IMG/VR virus record: IMGVR_UViG_3300032320_002496
Coordinates: 1 to 34,058 of that record
Source: a virus
Lineage: Duplodnaviria > Caudoviricetes
Strand: one strand, 5' to 3'
DNA: 34,058 nucleotides
The notes under the pieces are model-generated. The model saw nothing but the letters and a program-made list of their open reading frames with translations. It searched no databases and had not been told where the DNA came from. This document shows positions 8,151-17,124 of this stretch, one piece after another. Within the stretch, counting starts at the first letter, position 1. Each line of letters begins with the position of its first letter. The position numbers and the translations under genes were made by a program.

Positions 8151-10637
8151 ATGATTAAAGCAGCCAACTATTACACAAAGCAAGGATTCTCCGTAATACC
8201 AATAGGAGAAAACAAACGCGCCGTTTTTCCTTGGACGGAGTTCCAAAGTAAGATTATGGACGATGGAACTATTAAGGCCCAATTCAATAACGAACGTTGT
8301 AAAAATATCGCAATAATTGCCGGCGGTGTTTCCGGTGGCCTGGAGATTATAGACGTGGATCTTAAATACGATGTCAGTGGTACACTATGGGAACGCCTTA
8401 AAGAATCTTTAACGAATCTTATGCCATTACTTTACGTAGTACGTACTAAGTCCGGCGGGTACCATCTTTATTATCGTTGCGAAGTAGTTGAGGGAAACCA
8501 AAAGCTAGCTATGCGCCACGCTACCAAAGAAGAGTTAATCGACACACCACACGCCAAAGAAATAGTTTTAATAGAAACTAGAGGCGAAGGCGGTTATGTC
8601 CTAGCACCGCCATCCGAAGGGTACACTAAAGAAAAAGACTTCGTTATCAATTTGATAACGTTAGAACAAAGGGATAGCATACTTTCTATATGCCGTTCGT
8701 TTAACGAAGTAGTAAAAGAAGTACGATCGCAAGTGGTGGCGGACTCCGAAGCATACGCGACAACGCCGTGGGATGATTACAACGCTAAGTGCGACGTGGT
8801 GGCCTTACTTGAGTCAAATGGTTGGACGTGGATCGAGAATAGAGGCGAACGAGATTTTCTTAAGCGTCCTGGTAAAACAGACTCGCACATAAGCGCCGAC
8901 TATCACAAAGGCCTTGGCTTATTTAAAGTCTTTAGTACCTCAACGCAATTTGAGACCGGCCGAGGTTATAAACCTTTTGCCATATATGCCACGCTAGAGC
9001 ATAACGGAAACTTTAGCGAAGCAGCTAAGCAGCTTATTAAAGACGGCTACGGCGAAGGGCGTAACAAAGTTAGTGTTAACATAAAAAAAGATTATCTAGG
9101 TAAAAAAGACGAAGGTATAGACTCCGAGAATATTGCAGCGTTCATAAGTCAAAAGCATAAGCTTGATATTAACAAGGCTAAGCAATTAGTAACGGACTTA
9201 GATAATGATACACAAACGGAACTAAATACTTTTTGGTCGGTTACTAAAGGAGTTATAGCAATTGATAGGTACAAGCTTATAAACTTATTAAGTAGTGAGG
9301 GTGGGTTTTATTTATACTACTATGATAAGAAACTTAACTATCAATTAGTACGAATTGTTGATAACTTTGTTTCGGAGACTAACATGGAGCAAATTAAAAA
9401 GTTTTTAATTAATTACATAGACTCTATTCCTTACGATAACTTTGATGGCATTAATAAGAACCGCCTACGTGAAATAATCTATAAGGGTGCCGATGCTTAT
9501 TTTAATAAGGGATTATTTGAGTTCATGACTAACATAGAACTTAAACTTCTTAAGCATACTAAAGACTCTGCTTATTATCCTTTTCTTAATGGCGTAGTAC
9601 ACGTTACTAAGAATAAAAAAGAGTTGCTTAAATATGGTGCTATCAATATGCACGTATGGCGTGAGCAAGTTATTCCTTACGAGATTAACATAGACCAGGA
9701 CTTAGACCTTAGCAACGTAGCATATCTTAAGTTTATACAAAAGATAAGCAACGACGAAATAGCACGCACCGAATACACTAAAGCACTTATAGGTTACCTT
9801 TTGCACACGTATAAAGATCCGACAAAGTCTTATGCGGTTATTCTGGCCGAAGAGACCGAAGACGAAAGCGAAGGAGGTGGCGCCGGTAAAGGTTTATTCT
9901 TTAAGGCAATAGGTAAGCTTATAAACTTAGTGTCTATTGATGGTAAGAACTTTAAGCTTGATAAATCTTTTGCATTCCAAAGAGTTGAATTATCGACTCA
10001 ACTTATAGTTATTGAGGATTGCCGTAAGAACGTAGACTTTGAAGGCTTTTATTCTAAGATCACCGAAGGCGTAACGATAGAGAAAAAGAATAAGGACGAA
10101 ATTTATATAAGCTACGAAGATGCGCCTAAGTTTGGGTTTACTACCAATTACACTATAAACTATTCTGGAGGTCATGGCAAGCGTAGGGTTAAAGTGCTAG
10201 AGTTTAGTAACTTCTTTAACCATAATAACACGCCTTTAGATTTCTTTGGTGGTAAGGCTATGTTTAGCACCGACTGGGATAGAGACGAATGGAACCGATT
10301 TTATAACTTTATGATTGACTCGGTGCAAAATTACCTAGCAAATGGAATACCAAAAATAGATAATAGCCAAACTATTAATCGTAAGAATATAAAGCTTAAC
10401 TTTGGCGAAGACTTTTTAGATTACTTTGAACTTATAGAGTTTGACAAATGGTTTGAATTTGGTAACGAATACTTAAACTTTTTAAATACTAACGACCTAG
10501 AGAAAAAAGATTATAGCCAGCTTAAGTATAAAAAAGGTCTAAAGATTGCATCGGATATATTTAACCTAGAAATAGAAACAAGACGAAACCGACAAAATAA
10601 TAATAAGAATGAATTTAAAATTACTGCTAGAATTTGA
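8151..10637 (+). CDS. Bifunctional primase-polymerase fused to SF3 helicase
   Basis: N-terminal Prim-Pol (IIDVD, TKSGGYHLYY, RGEGGYV); C-terminal Walker A GGAGKG, Walker B VIED, FTTN. Confidence 0.9.
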   Translation: MIKAANYYTKQGFSVIPIGENKRAVFPWTEFQSKIMDDGTIKAQFNNERCKNIAIIAGGVSGGLEIIDVDLKYDVSGTLWERLKESLTNLMPLLYVVRTKSGGYHLYYRCEVVEGNQKLAMRHATKEELIDTPHAKEIVLIETRGEGGYVLAPPSEGYTKEKDFVINLITLEQRDSILSICRSFNEVVKEVRSQVVADSEAYATTPWDDYNAKCDVVALLESNGWTWIENRGERDFLKRPGKTDSHISADYHKGLGLFKVFSTSTQFETGRGYKPFAIYATLEHNGNFSEAAKQLIKDGYGEGRNKVSVNIKKDYLGKKDEGIDSENIAAFISQKHKLDINKAKQLVTDLDNDTQTELNTFWSVTKGVIAIDRYKLINLLSSEGGFYLYYYDKKLNYQLVRIVDNFVSETNMEQIKKFLINYIDSIPYDNFDGINKNRLREIIYKGADAYFNKGLFEFMTNIELKLLKHTKDSAYYPFLNGVVHVTKNKKELLKYGAINMHVWREQVIPYEINIDQDLDLSNVAYLKFIQKISNDEIARTEYTKALIGYLLHTYKDPTKSYAVILAEETEDESEGGGAGKGLFFKAIGKLINLVSIDGKNFKLDKSFAFQRVELSTQLIVIEDCRKNVDFEGFYSKITEGVTIEKKNKDEIYISYEDAPKFGFTTNYTINYSGGHGKRRVKVLEFSNFFNHNNTPLDFFGGKAMFSTDWDRDEWNRFYNFMIDSVQNYLANGIPKIDNSQTINRKNIKLNFGEDFLDYFELIEFDKWFEFGNEYLNFLNTNDLEKKDYSQLKYKKGLKIASDIFNLEIETRRNRQNNNKNEFKITARI

Positions 10638-10668
10638 CAAATGGCTTAAAGAAAACCCAAAAGGTGGT

Positions 10669-10869
10669 ATATTTGTACGCGGTGTACACGCTTTTCGAGT
10701 TTCTGTACGCGATTTGAAAAATGATAACTAATTGATTATCAATGTGCGGGACTCGATGTACGCGGTGTACTAGTTTTTTTAATAAATTAAGGGGGGGGGG
10801 GTAAAAAGAAAAAAAAAGAATAGGGCTAAGATAAAACACGTAAAAAGTGCGTACACCGAGTACAAATAT
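10669..10869. promoter_or_regulatory. Putative replication origin with inverted and direct repeats
   Basis: 27-bp inverted repeat at 10669-10695 and 10843-10869 (3 mismatches); direct repeat TGTACGCGGTGTAC at 10674 and 10757; G11 and A tracts; immediately after the primase-helicase. Confidence 0.6.
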
Positions 10870-10878
10870 TATAATATA

Positions 10879-11415
10879 TTGAAAATGAATGAGTTAGAAA
10901 AAAATAAAATAATTGAGTTTTTGTACAACCATGTCGATATTAATCGCCTTATTAATTCAGTTGATCCGGAACACGTTAGAGACGATTTAAGACAAGAAAC
11001 TTTTTTAGCGTTACTATCTATGCCCGACGATAAGATAAGCGAAATTTGGGCCTCTAATGGCCTTGTAGGGTTTACTATAAAGATTATTACTAACATGGCA
11101 TTTTCTAGTACCTCCCCTTTTTATAAGAAGTTTAGAAAAAATGACTACCAAAAAGCTTTAGATTATCTTAGGAGTCAACAAAAACTACCGGAATTAAACA
11201 TAAACTTTGCTACCATAGCTACCAAACGATTGGCAATTAAATATCAAGAAGACGAGATGCAAGCACACGAAGCCATTTTGTTTACTAAGTACGTGGAATT
11301 AAGAAGCTGCAAAAAAGTAGCTGACTTCTTTACCATACCCGAAAAACATGTTAAAGACATTATCCGTAAAACAAAACTTGAATTAAAAAACCTTTGCTTA
11401 AATAATAAAAATTAA
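10879..11415 (+). CDS. Sigma-70/ECF-like transcriptional regulator (probable late activator)
   Basis: DDLRQETFL region-2-like segment and C-terminal HTH (SCKKVADFFTIPEKHV); heads the late operon. Confidence 0.6.
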   Translation: MKMNELEKNKIIEFLYNHVDINRLINSVDPEHVRDDLRQETFLALLSMPDDKISEIWASNGLVGFTIKIITNMAFSSTSPFYKKFRKNDYQKALDYLRSQQKLPELNINFATIATKRLAIKYQEDEMQAHEAILFTKYVELRSCKKVADFFTIPEKHVKDIIRKTKLELKNLCLNNKN

Positions 11416-11419
11416 TCTT

Positions 11420-11659
11420 ATGTTAACAATTGCACTTGCGGCTTTCTTTTTTGCTTATTATTTTGTGGAAGTGGCCAAAATAATTTACTTTATTAAAAAA
11501 GTATGGCAAATTCCTTTTGAGAAACGAATCAAACCTTTTGACTGCGTAACTTGCTTAAGCGTTTGGATGGCAGTTTTATTTTATTTCTTACCGATTGAGT
11601 TAGTACAATTTATTTGTATTATATTTGGGGCGGGATTTATTGGACAAAAAATTAAATAA
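11420..11659 (+). CDS. Small membrane protein with CxxC (KPFDCVTCLSVW)
   Basis: Hydrophobic segments plus CxxC. Confidence 0.65.
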   Translation: MLTIALAAFFFAYYFVEVAKIIYFIKKVWQIPFEKRIKPFDCVTCLSVWMAVLFYFLPIELVQFICIIFGAGFIGQKIK

Positions 11660-11660
11660 C

Positions 11661-11891
11661 ATGGAAGGTATAATACTACCCTTGCTTTGCCACAACGATA
11701 ACACAATTTTATTTGATGAACTTGGTATCGAGTACAATTACGAGAACTTAACGCGTGTTGAGTTTATGTTTTTTACTATTGACTATGCTTGTAGCAATGT
11801 AAAGAACGATCGCGAGTTTACAGAAATAGTAAGCATGGGCGAAAGCTTTGTAGTTGACTTAACCTGGGATGAATTTAAAAAGCTATTTTAA
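11661..11891 (+). CDS. Hypothetical protein (probable start MEGIIL)
   Basis: ATG right after the previous stop; TAATG coupling to the next gene. Confidence 0.65.
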   Translation: MEGIILPLLCHNDNTILFDELGIEYNYENLTRVEFMFFTIDYACSNVKNDREFTEIVSMGESFVVDLTWDEFKKLF

Positions 11892-12898
11892 TGATACAAG
11901 TACTAGGCATTACACAAAAGATAAGTGGCTGCGGGTGGCATAGGGTGATGCTACCTTTAGCATTTATGCCAGATGCTTATAACCATGTTACTAACGTACC
12001 TACTAAAGAAATACTTGAAGAGCGTGGATTTGATATTATGCTTTATAATAGGTTTAGTCCTTTTGACAATGCGTGGGATGAAACTAAGCAGCACTTTAAA
12101 GTGGTGATGGATTTAGACGATGATTGGGAGTTGCCATATAATCATCCTTTATTTCAATACTACGAGCCACAAAAGAAACGAGTAGTAAATAATATCTTTA
12201 ATGCTGACTTGGTGACATGTACCAACGAGCGAATAGCCGACAAGGTAAATAAGTATAACAAGAATGTTTTAATACTACCTAATTGCATACCACTAGGCGA
12301 GCAACAATACACCGACTTTAGACACGAAAGCGATTTGGTGCGCATTTTTTGGGCGGGAGGTTCTACGCACTTAGAAGATATTAGGCTACTTGTAAACCCA
12401 TTAAAAAGACTTACTGCGAATAAAGGTTTTGAAATGGTTTTAGGCGGTTACACGGATAGTGATCCGGTTAGCAAAAACTACTGGGATCAAGTACACCACA
12501 TGTTTACTTTTGGTAATAAGTTTACTAATAGAAAACTTAAGAGTGAGTTGCCAAATAATTACATGACACATTTTGAACATGCTGATATTATGTTAGTACC
12601 TTTACAAGAAAGCGAGTGGCACGCATGTAAAAGTAATCTTAAGATACTAGAAGCTGCAAGCAAACGCATAGCGGTAATTTGTAGCTATGTAGAACCATAT
12701 AGCAAAGATAGCGACGCACCGGTGCTTTGGGTTAAAAGCCAAGGCGATTGGTATAAACATATAAACTATTTATTAAACAACCCTCAAGAAAGGATTAAGC
12801 TAGGCCAAGACCTTTACGAGTGGGCAAAAACAAACTACAACTATGAGTCAATCGGAGCCACTAGACGCGAGGCATTTGGAGACCTTGTTAAGACATAA
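11891..12898 (+). CDS. Glycosyltransferase, GT-B fold (GT4-like)
   Basis: SGCGWHR, MDLDDD, WAGGSTH, ADIMLVPL...KSNLKILEA motifs. Confidence 0.85.
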   Translation: MIQVLGITQKISGCGWHRVMLPLAFMPDAYNHVTNVPTKEILEERGFDIMLYNRFSPFDNAWDETKQHFKVVMDLDDDWELPYNHPLFQYYEPQKKRVVNNIFNADLVTCTNERIADKVNKYNKNVLILPNCIPLGEQQYTDFRHESDLVRIFWAGGSTHLEDIRLLVNPLKRLTANKGFEMVLGGYTDSDPVSKNYWDQVHHMFTFGNKFTNRKLKSELPNNYMTHFEHADIMLVPLQESEWHACKSNLKILEAASKRIAVICSYVEPYSKDSDAPVLWVKSQGDWYKHINYLLNNPQERIKLGQDLYEWAKTNYNYESIGATRREAFGDLVKT

Positions 12899-13085
12899 GC
12901 ACTTTTACGATTTGTTTAAAGCAACCGGTGAACTGGTAGCGTTTACGCATGAAGTACAAAACGAACTTTTAGAAGTCATGCGCACACGTAATGCTTACTA
13001 TACGTATAACAACCGATGCGGTGCATGCGTAGGAACCTTTTTAGTTAACGTTTATAATACATTTAATGAGCAACTTCATACATAA
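12843..13085 (+). CDS. Hypothetical CxxC protein
   Basis: RCGAC motif; overlaps both neighbours. Confidence 0.6.
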   Translation: MSQSEPLDARHLETLLRHKHFYDLFKATGELVAFTHEVQNELLEVMRTRNAYYTYNNRCGACVGTFLVNVYNTFNEQLHT

Positions 13086-13551
13086 GACGGCAATAGTAGG
13101 GCCAAACGTAACCCTTGGCGACAATATTTATATCGGGCCTTATTGCGTAATAGGGGAACCAGCCGAGTATAAATTATTTTGGAATGCACCAATAGGCGAA
13201 GTGGTGATAGGTGACAACTGCGTAATAACTGGCCATGTAACTATCGACGCCGGTACTACTGAAAAGACAATGATTGGATCTGGAACCTGGATGCTAAAGC
13301 ATAGCCACGTAGGACACGATTGCCAAATAGGTACTAACGTAACGATAAGCTGCGGAGCAAAGATAGGCGGCCATACAAGGATTGGCAACCATTGTAATAT
13401 AGGACTTAACGCAGTCATTCATCAAAAGCAAGTAATTGCTCCGGGTTGTATGATTGGTATGGGTGCCGTAGTAACTCGCAAGCTTTATACTACCCACTCG
13501 ACTAAGTACGCTGGTAACCCGGCAAAAGAAATAGGTAAAAACATAGTCTAA
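13066..13551 (+). CDS. Left-handed beta-helix (hexapeptide) acyl/acetyltransferase, LpxA/PglD-like
   Basis: Hexapeptide repeats, HVGHDC, YAGNPAK. Confidence 0.88.
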   Translation: MSNFIHKTAIVGPNVTLGDNIYIGPYCVIGEPAEYKLFWNAPIGEVVIGDNCVITGHVTIDAGTTEKTMIGSGTWMLKHSHVGHDCQIGTNVTISCGAKIGGHTRIGNHCNIGLNAVIHQKQVIAPGCMIGMGAVVTRKLYTTHSTKYAGNPAKEIGKNIV

Positions 13552-14150
13552 TGAAAATACTTATAGCTGGCTTAACTTATGGCAAAAGGCCTTTAATGCA
13601 AATAGATTTAAACATGGCTAATGCCGGTTATCCCTTTAATTATATTAATATAAATATTGAAGGCATAGCTAACGCTATGAACGAAGCTATTGACATTGCC
13701 GGTGTTGATGGCTACGATGCTATTGCATATTTAGCTAATGATATAATAGAGCCGGACAATTGGCTTGCTAAAAAGGTAGAAGCGTTGCAGACTTACCCAA
13801 ACGCGGGTATTGTGGCTAGTAGTTTAGATAGGGTTAGGCGTGGTGTTAATAGCCAGCACATTATAAGCAACTGGTTACTTAGCATGAAAGTAGTTAATAA
13901 AATAGGCATCTTTAACGAGTCAATGTTCCCTTATGGGCCAATAGACTTAGACTACTGCGAGCGGGCCAACCTTGCCGGATTTAATACTTACTATGTAATG
14001 GATTGTCTTGCCGAACATATTGGCGGGCATGGAAGCGGTGACGAATACGGATATAATAAAGCCGAATTATTACAAAAGAACTGGGCCAAGCACGAAGCAG
14101 ATATAAGAGGCTACCGCGATGGCACTAAAAATATTAAACTATGGAAATAA
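13551..14150 (+). CDS. Glycosyltransferase, GT-A fold (GT2-like)
   Basis: GIANAMN, AYLANDI, IGIFNE...YGPIDLDYCER motifs. Confidence 0.8.
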   Translation: MKILIAGLTYGKRPLMQIDLNMANAGYPFNYININIEGIANAMNEAIDIAGVDGYDAIAYLANDIIEPDNWLAKKVEALQTYPNAGIVASSLDRVRRGVNSQHIISNWLLSMKVVNKIGIFNESMFPYGPIDLDYCERANLAGFNTYYVMDCLAEHIGGHGSGDEYGYNKAELLQKNWAKHEADIRGYRDGTKNIKLWK

Positions 14151-14569
14151 GAGAACATGTGACAAGAAAGTTTAAAGACGTAGACGAAGAGAAACTTATG
14201 GAGTTGGCCTTTGCCTATTGCGACAACTGCATGGAGGGGCAAAAGCAAGTTGCTACCGGAAGCGGTAAGATAGTAGAAATACGCGACCGCTTTGTACCTA
14301 CGATTGATTATTTCCTAGATCATTGGTTAAGAAAGCATGACTTTGATTTTTATACACGAATGGGGCTTTGGAAGGTTAGGCAAGATCCTACGCATCCTTA
14401 CAATGAGGTTGCAAATAGGATTGTAACTATGTTTAAGTCTTTAGCTATTGACATTGTGGCTAACGAAGGTAAAGCTATTTTCTATGCTAAAAATGCGTTA
14501 GGCATGACCGATAGAGCAATGACCGAAAACACAAACATAGACACCATTACAATCAAGTATGAATCTTGA
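14141..14569 (+). CDS. Terminase small subunit
   Basis: Position upstream of TerL; AIFYAKNALGMTD motif. Confidence 0.75.
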   Translation: MEIREHVTRKFKDVDEEKLMELAFAYCDNCMEGQKQVATGSGKIVEIRDRFVPTIDYFLDHWLRKHDFDFYTRMGLWKVRQDPTHPYNEVANRIVTMFKSLAIDIVANEGKAIFYAKNALGMTDRAMTENTNIDTITIKYES

Positions 14570-15725
14570 TATAAAACTATGTAAGCCGCACCCAGCACAA
14601 AAGCAAGTATTGGATTCCGACGCTCGTTTTAGGGTTATGATGTGCGGGCGTAGGTTTGGTAAGTCTTTAATTAGTCAAAACATAAGTATTGAGACGGGCC
14701 TTAAGAGGCAGCACGTTGCATACATAACACCTACTTATCAACTAGGTAAGATGTTCTTTAAGGAAATATGTAAGCTATTACCGGATAAGGTTTATAAAAA
14801 GAATGAGACCGATTTACTTATCGACTTTGTAACGGGTGGCTCGGTTAGGTTTTATACCGGCGAACGATTAGACGCAATGCGTGGAACCAAATACCATTTA
14901 GTCATTATAGACGAAGCGAGTTATATACCTAATTTAGAAGAGGGATGGAATAATAGTATAAGGCCAACACTTACCGACTATAAAGGCAAGGCCATCTTTT
15001 TAAGTACTCCACGTGGCAAGAACTATTTTTATAGTTTATTCATGCGAGGCGGTGAGTCTAACTGGGAGTCTTTTAAGTTTAGCACATACGATAATCCGCA
15101 CATTGATCCTACGGAAATTGATGCCGCATCCGCTCAGTTGCCTAGCGTAGTATTTAAACAAGAATATCTTGCCGATCCTATGGAGAATGCCGCCAACCCT
15201 TTTGGCTCGGAGTTCATCTTTGCATGTACTAAAGAAACCAAAGGCACGGCTGCTTACTATGGTATTGACTTAGCTAAGTCCGTCGATTGGTCAGTTATAA
15301 TAGGAATGGATAAGCAAGGTAATGTTGTACATTTTGAAAGGTTCCAAAAAGACTGGATGCAAACCAAAGAAACAATATTAAGGTTACCTAAGAATTTGCC
15401 TATTGTAATTGATAGCACCGGCGTAGGTGACGCCATTGTAGAAGACCTACAAAAGAAGTTTAACAAGATGTATGGCTTTAAGTTTACGGCTACAAGCAAG
15501 CAGCAACTACTTGAGTCATTAAGTAGCGCCATACAAACTAAAGCTATAAGTTACCCAGATGGCCCCATTAAACAAGAACTAGAAGTATTTGAGTACACCT
15601 TTACGCCAACCGGTGTAAGATACTCGGCACCTCAAGGATTCCACGACGACTGCGTTATTGCTTTGGCTCTAGCAAATAAGTGCCGTATTGAGCATAAAGA
15701 GGTCGGTAAGTACCACGTTATCTAA
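14559..15725 (+). CDS. terL: Terminase large subunit
   Basis: GRRFGKS Walker A, IIDEA Walker B, STPRG, GIDLA nuclease, HDDCV. Confidence 0.95.
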   Translation: MNLDIKLCKPHPAQKQVLDSDARFRVMMCGRRFGKSLISQNISIETGLKRQHVAYITPTYQLGKMFFKEICKLLPDKVYKKNETDLLIDFVTGGSVRFYTGERLDAMRGTKYHLVIIDEASYIPNLEEGWNNSIRPTLTDYKGKAIFLSTPRGKNYFYSLFMRGGESNWESFKFSTYDNPHIDPTEIDAASAQLPSVVFKQEYLADPMENAANPFGSEFIFACTKETKGTAAYYGIDLAKSVDWSVIIGMDKQGNVVHFERFQKDWMQTKETILRLPKNLPIVIDSTGVGDAIVEDLQKKFNKMYGFKFTATSKQQLLESLSSAIQTKAISYPDGPIKQELEVFEYTFTPTGVRYSAPQGFHDDCVIALALANKCRIEHKEVGKYHVI

Positions 15726-15730
15726 AAAGT

Positions 15731-15740
15731 ATATTTATAA
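15731..15740 (+). promoter_or_regulatory. Candidate late-promoter motif ATATTTATAA
   Basis: The same motif with an upstream AAAAAG lies just before the ATG here and at 24334-24343. Confidence 0.35.
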
Positions 15741-15744
15741 TAGT

Positions 15745-16383
15745 ATGAAGCTAACAATTGACAAATTCCAAAGACTGCAAGCAATTGCAACCTTAGACAC
15801 CGAGGAAATAGAAAAGGCTAGCCGTTTAGTGCAAGTATTGCTTAATAAAAGCGAGGCTGAAGTAGACGCTATGCCATTAAGTAAGTTTGGTAAGCTATGC
15901 GATAAGTTAAAGAAAGCGTTTGACCTAACAATAGACGCAGCGACTATGAGCAAGCCTAAAACCTTAATTGTAGCAAATGGCAACGTGTATAATTTAAACT
16001 TTGATATTAAGCCACCATTTAATACCGGTAGGTATATTGAGGTTTTGACGTTTAGCAAAGATGATCCGATTATGAATATGCACAATATCTTAGCTAGTAT
16101 TTGTACACCTATGGCCTGGAGTTGGCGTAAGTTTAATTATGTTAAGCAACCTTACGATGCACTAAAGCATGAAGACTATGCAAACGATTTTAAGCAAGCA
16201 GACTTTAGACACGGATACTTTGCGATGGTTTTTTTTTATTCATTATTAACCAATTCAACGGGCGGTACCATGGACTCTTTGATAGCGCAGATGAATTTGA
16301 GAAAGGTGAACAAAAAAAGAGTGTTACAATTGAAGAGAGTTTTGCAGACAATTGGGGGTGGATCTATAACGCAAAACAAGTAA
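15745..16383 (+). CDS. Probable tail assembly chaperone (short form)
   Basis: Probable start MKLTIDKF; T9 slippery run at 16229-16237 with a long open -1 frame. Confidence 0.6.
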   Translation: MKLTIDKFQRLQAIATLDTEEIEKASRLVQVLLNKSEAEVDAMPLSKFGKLCDKLKKAFDLTIDAATMSKPKTLIVANGNVYNLNFDIKPPFNTGRYIEVLTFSKDDPIMNMHNILASICTPMAWSWRKFNYVKQPYDALKHEDYANDFKQADFRHGYFAMVFFYSLLTNSTGGTMDSLIAQMNLRKVNKKRVLQLKRVLQTIGGGSITQNK

Positions 16384-16520
16384 GTGAGTTTGAAGCGATT
16401 GCACTAGACCTGGTTTATGATTTACCAGTAGTGCAATTTTTAAACGATTTAAGTTATTTAAAAAGTAAAAGACAACTAGATGAGCATCAATATAAACAAA
16501 GCGCAAGCGGATTTTCTTAG
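16236..16520 (+). CDS. -1 frameshift extension of the chaperone (LFIINQFNGRYHGLFD...FADNWGWIYNAKQ...LSYLKSK...GFS)
   Basis: 94 sense codons with no early start codon; frame opens only after TAG at 16206-16208; fills the 16383-16480 gap. Confidence 0.7.
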   Translation, partial: LFIINQFNGRYHGLFDSADEFEKGEQKKSVTIEESFADNWGWIYNAKQVSEFEAIALDLVYDLPVVQFLNDLSYLKSKRQLDEHQYKQSASGFS

Positions 16521-17124
16521 GGAGGGTGGCGACTTAGGTGGCAGCAATATTGTTGAGTTTGGAGTAGTTGCTAGTATGCTTGAACAATATGGTGCGGAGT
16601 TGCTTACAAATATTAGCTACTTTGGTAACAATAAAGGCGTTGTCGGTAGTGGTGATTTGCTTAGTAGTATGGTGCCGGAATTAACCGAGGAAAACGGCGT
16701 AGACATATTTAGGTTAAGGATGCTAGATTATTACGACTATCCCAACGAAGGGGTAAAAGGCGTTAATAGTTCTAGTAATGCTCCGGGATCACCTTACCAA
16801 TATAGAAACTACGGAATGAGTAGCGAAGGTAGGGCATCACTTAAAAAGTATATACTAAGTGGTAAGGCAAAGATTACTAGCGTAAGAAATGATAAGGCGC
16901 TAGGTAAGGGCGGCGAAAAGATAGGCGTAGCATTTAGTAATAAGACTTTAATAGATAAGCAAGTAGACACGCTTGCTTATTTGATTAAACGCTTTGGTAT
17001 TAAAAAGACTAACTACTTTACGGATGCGTTTAACAAGACTTTTAAAAGTTTTGAGGTTGACATGGTAGAAGCCGCCGGAAGGGATATAGTGATAACATTT
17101 AATAGATTAAATAAAAGAAAATAA
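16480..17124 (+). CDS. Putative tail completion/neck protein
   Basis: SGDLLSS...GIKKTNYF pattern reminiscent of HK97 gp10-like proteins; structural context. Confidence 0.5.
   Translation: MSININKAQADFLREGGDLGGSNIVEFGVVASMLEQYGAELLTNISYFGNNKGVVGSGDLLSSMVPELTEENGVDIFRLRMLDYYDYPNEGVKGVNSSSNAPGSPYQYRNYGMSSEGRASLKKYILSGKAKITSVRNDKALGKGGEKIGVAFSNKTLIDKQVDTLAYLIKRFGIKKTNYFTDAFNKTFKSFEVDMVEAAGRDIVITFNRLNKRK

Noticed and set aside
10627-10839. Minus-strand 70-aa ORF across the putative origin
   Set aside because: The translation merely reflects homopolymers and repeats (PPP, VHRVHRV); the region is better explained as non-coding
13066-13551. True lpxA auxiliary metabolic gene
   Set aside because: Only 161 aa and lacks the LpxA C-terminal helical domain; a generic sugar acetyltransferase is more likely
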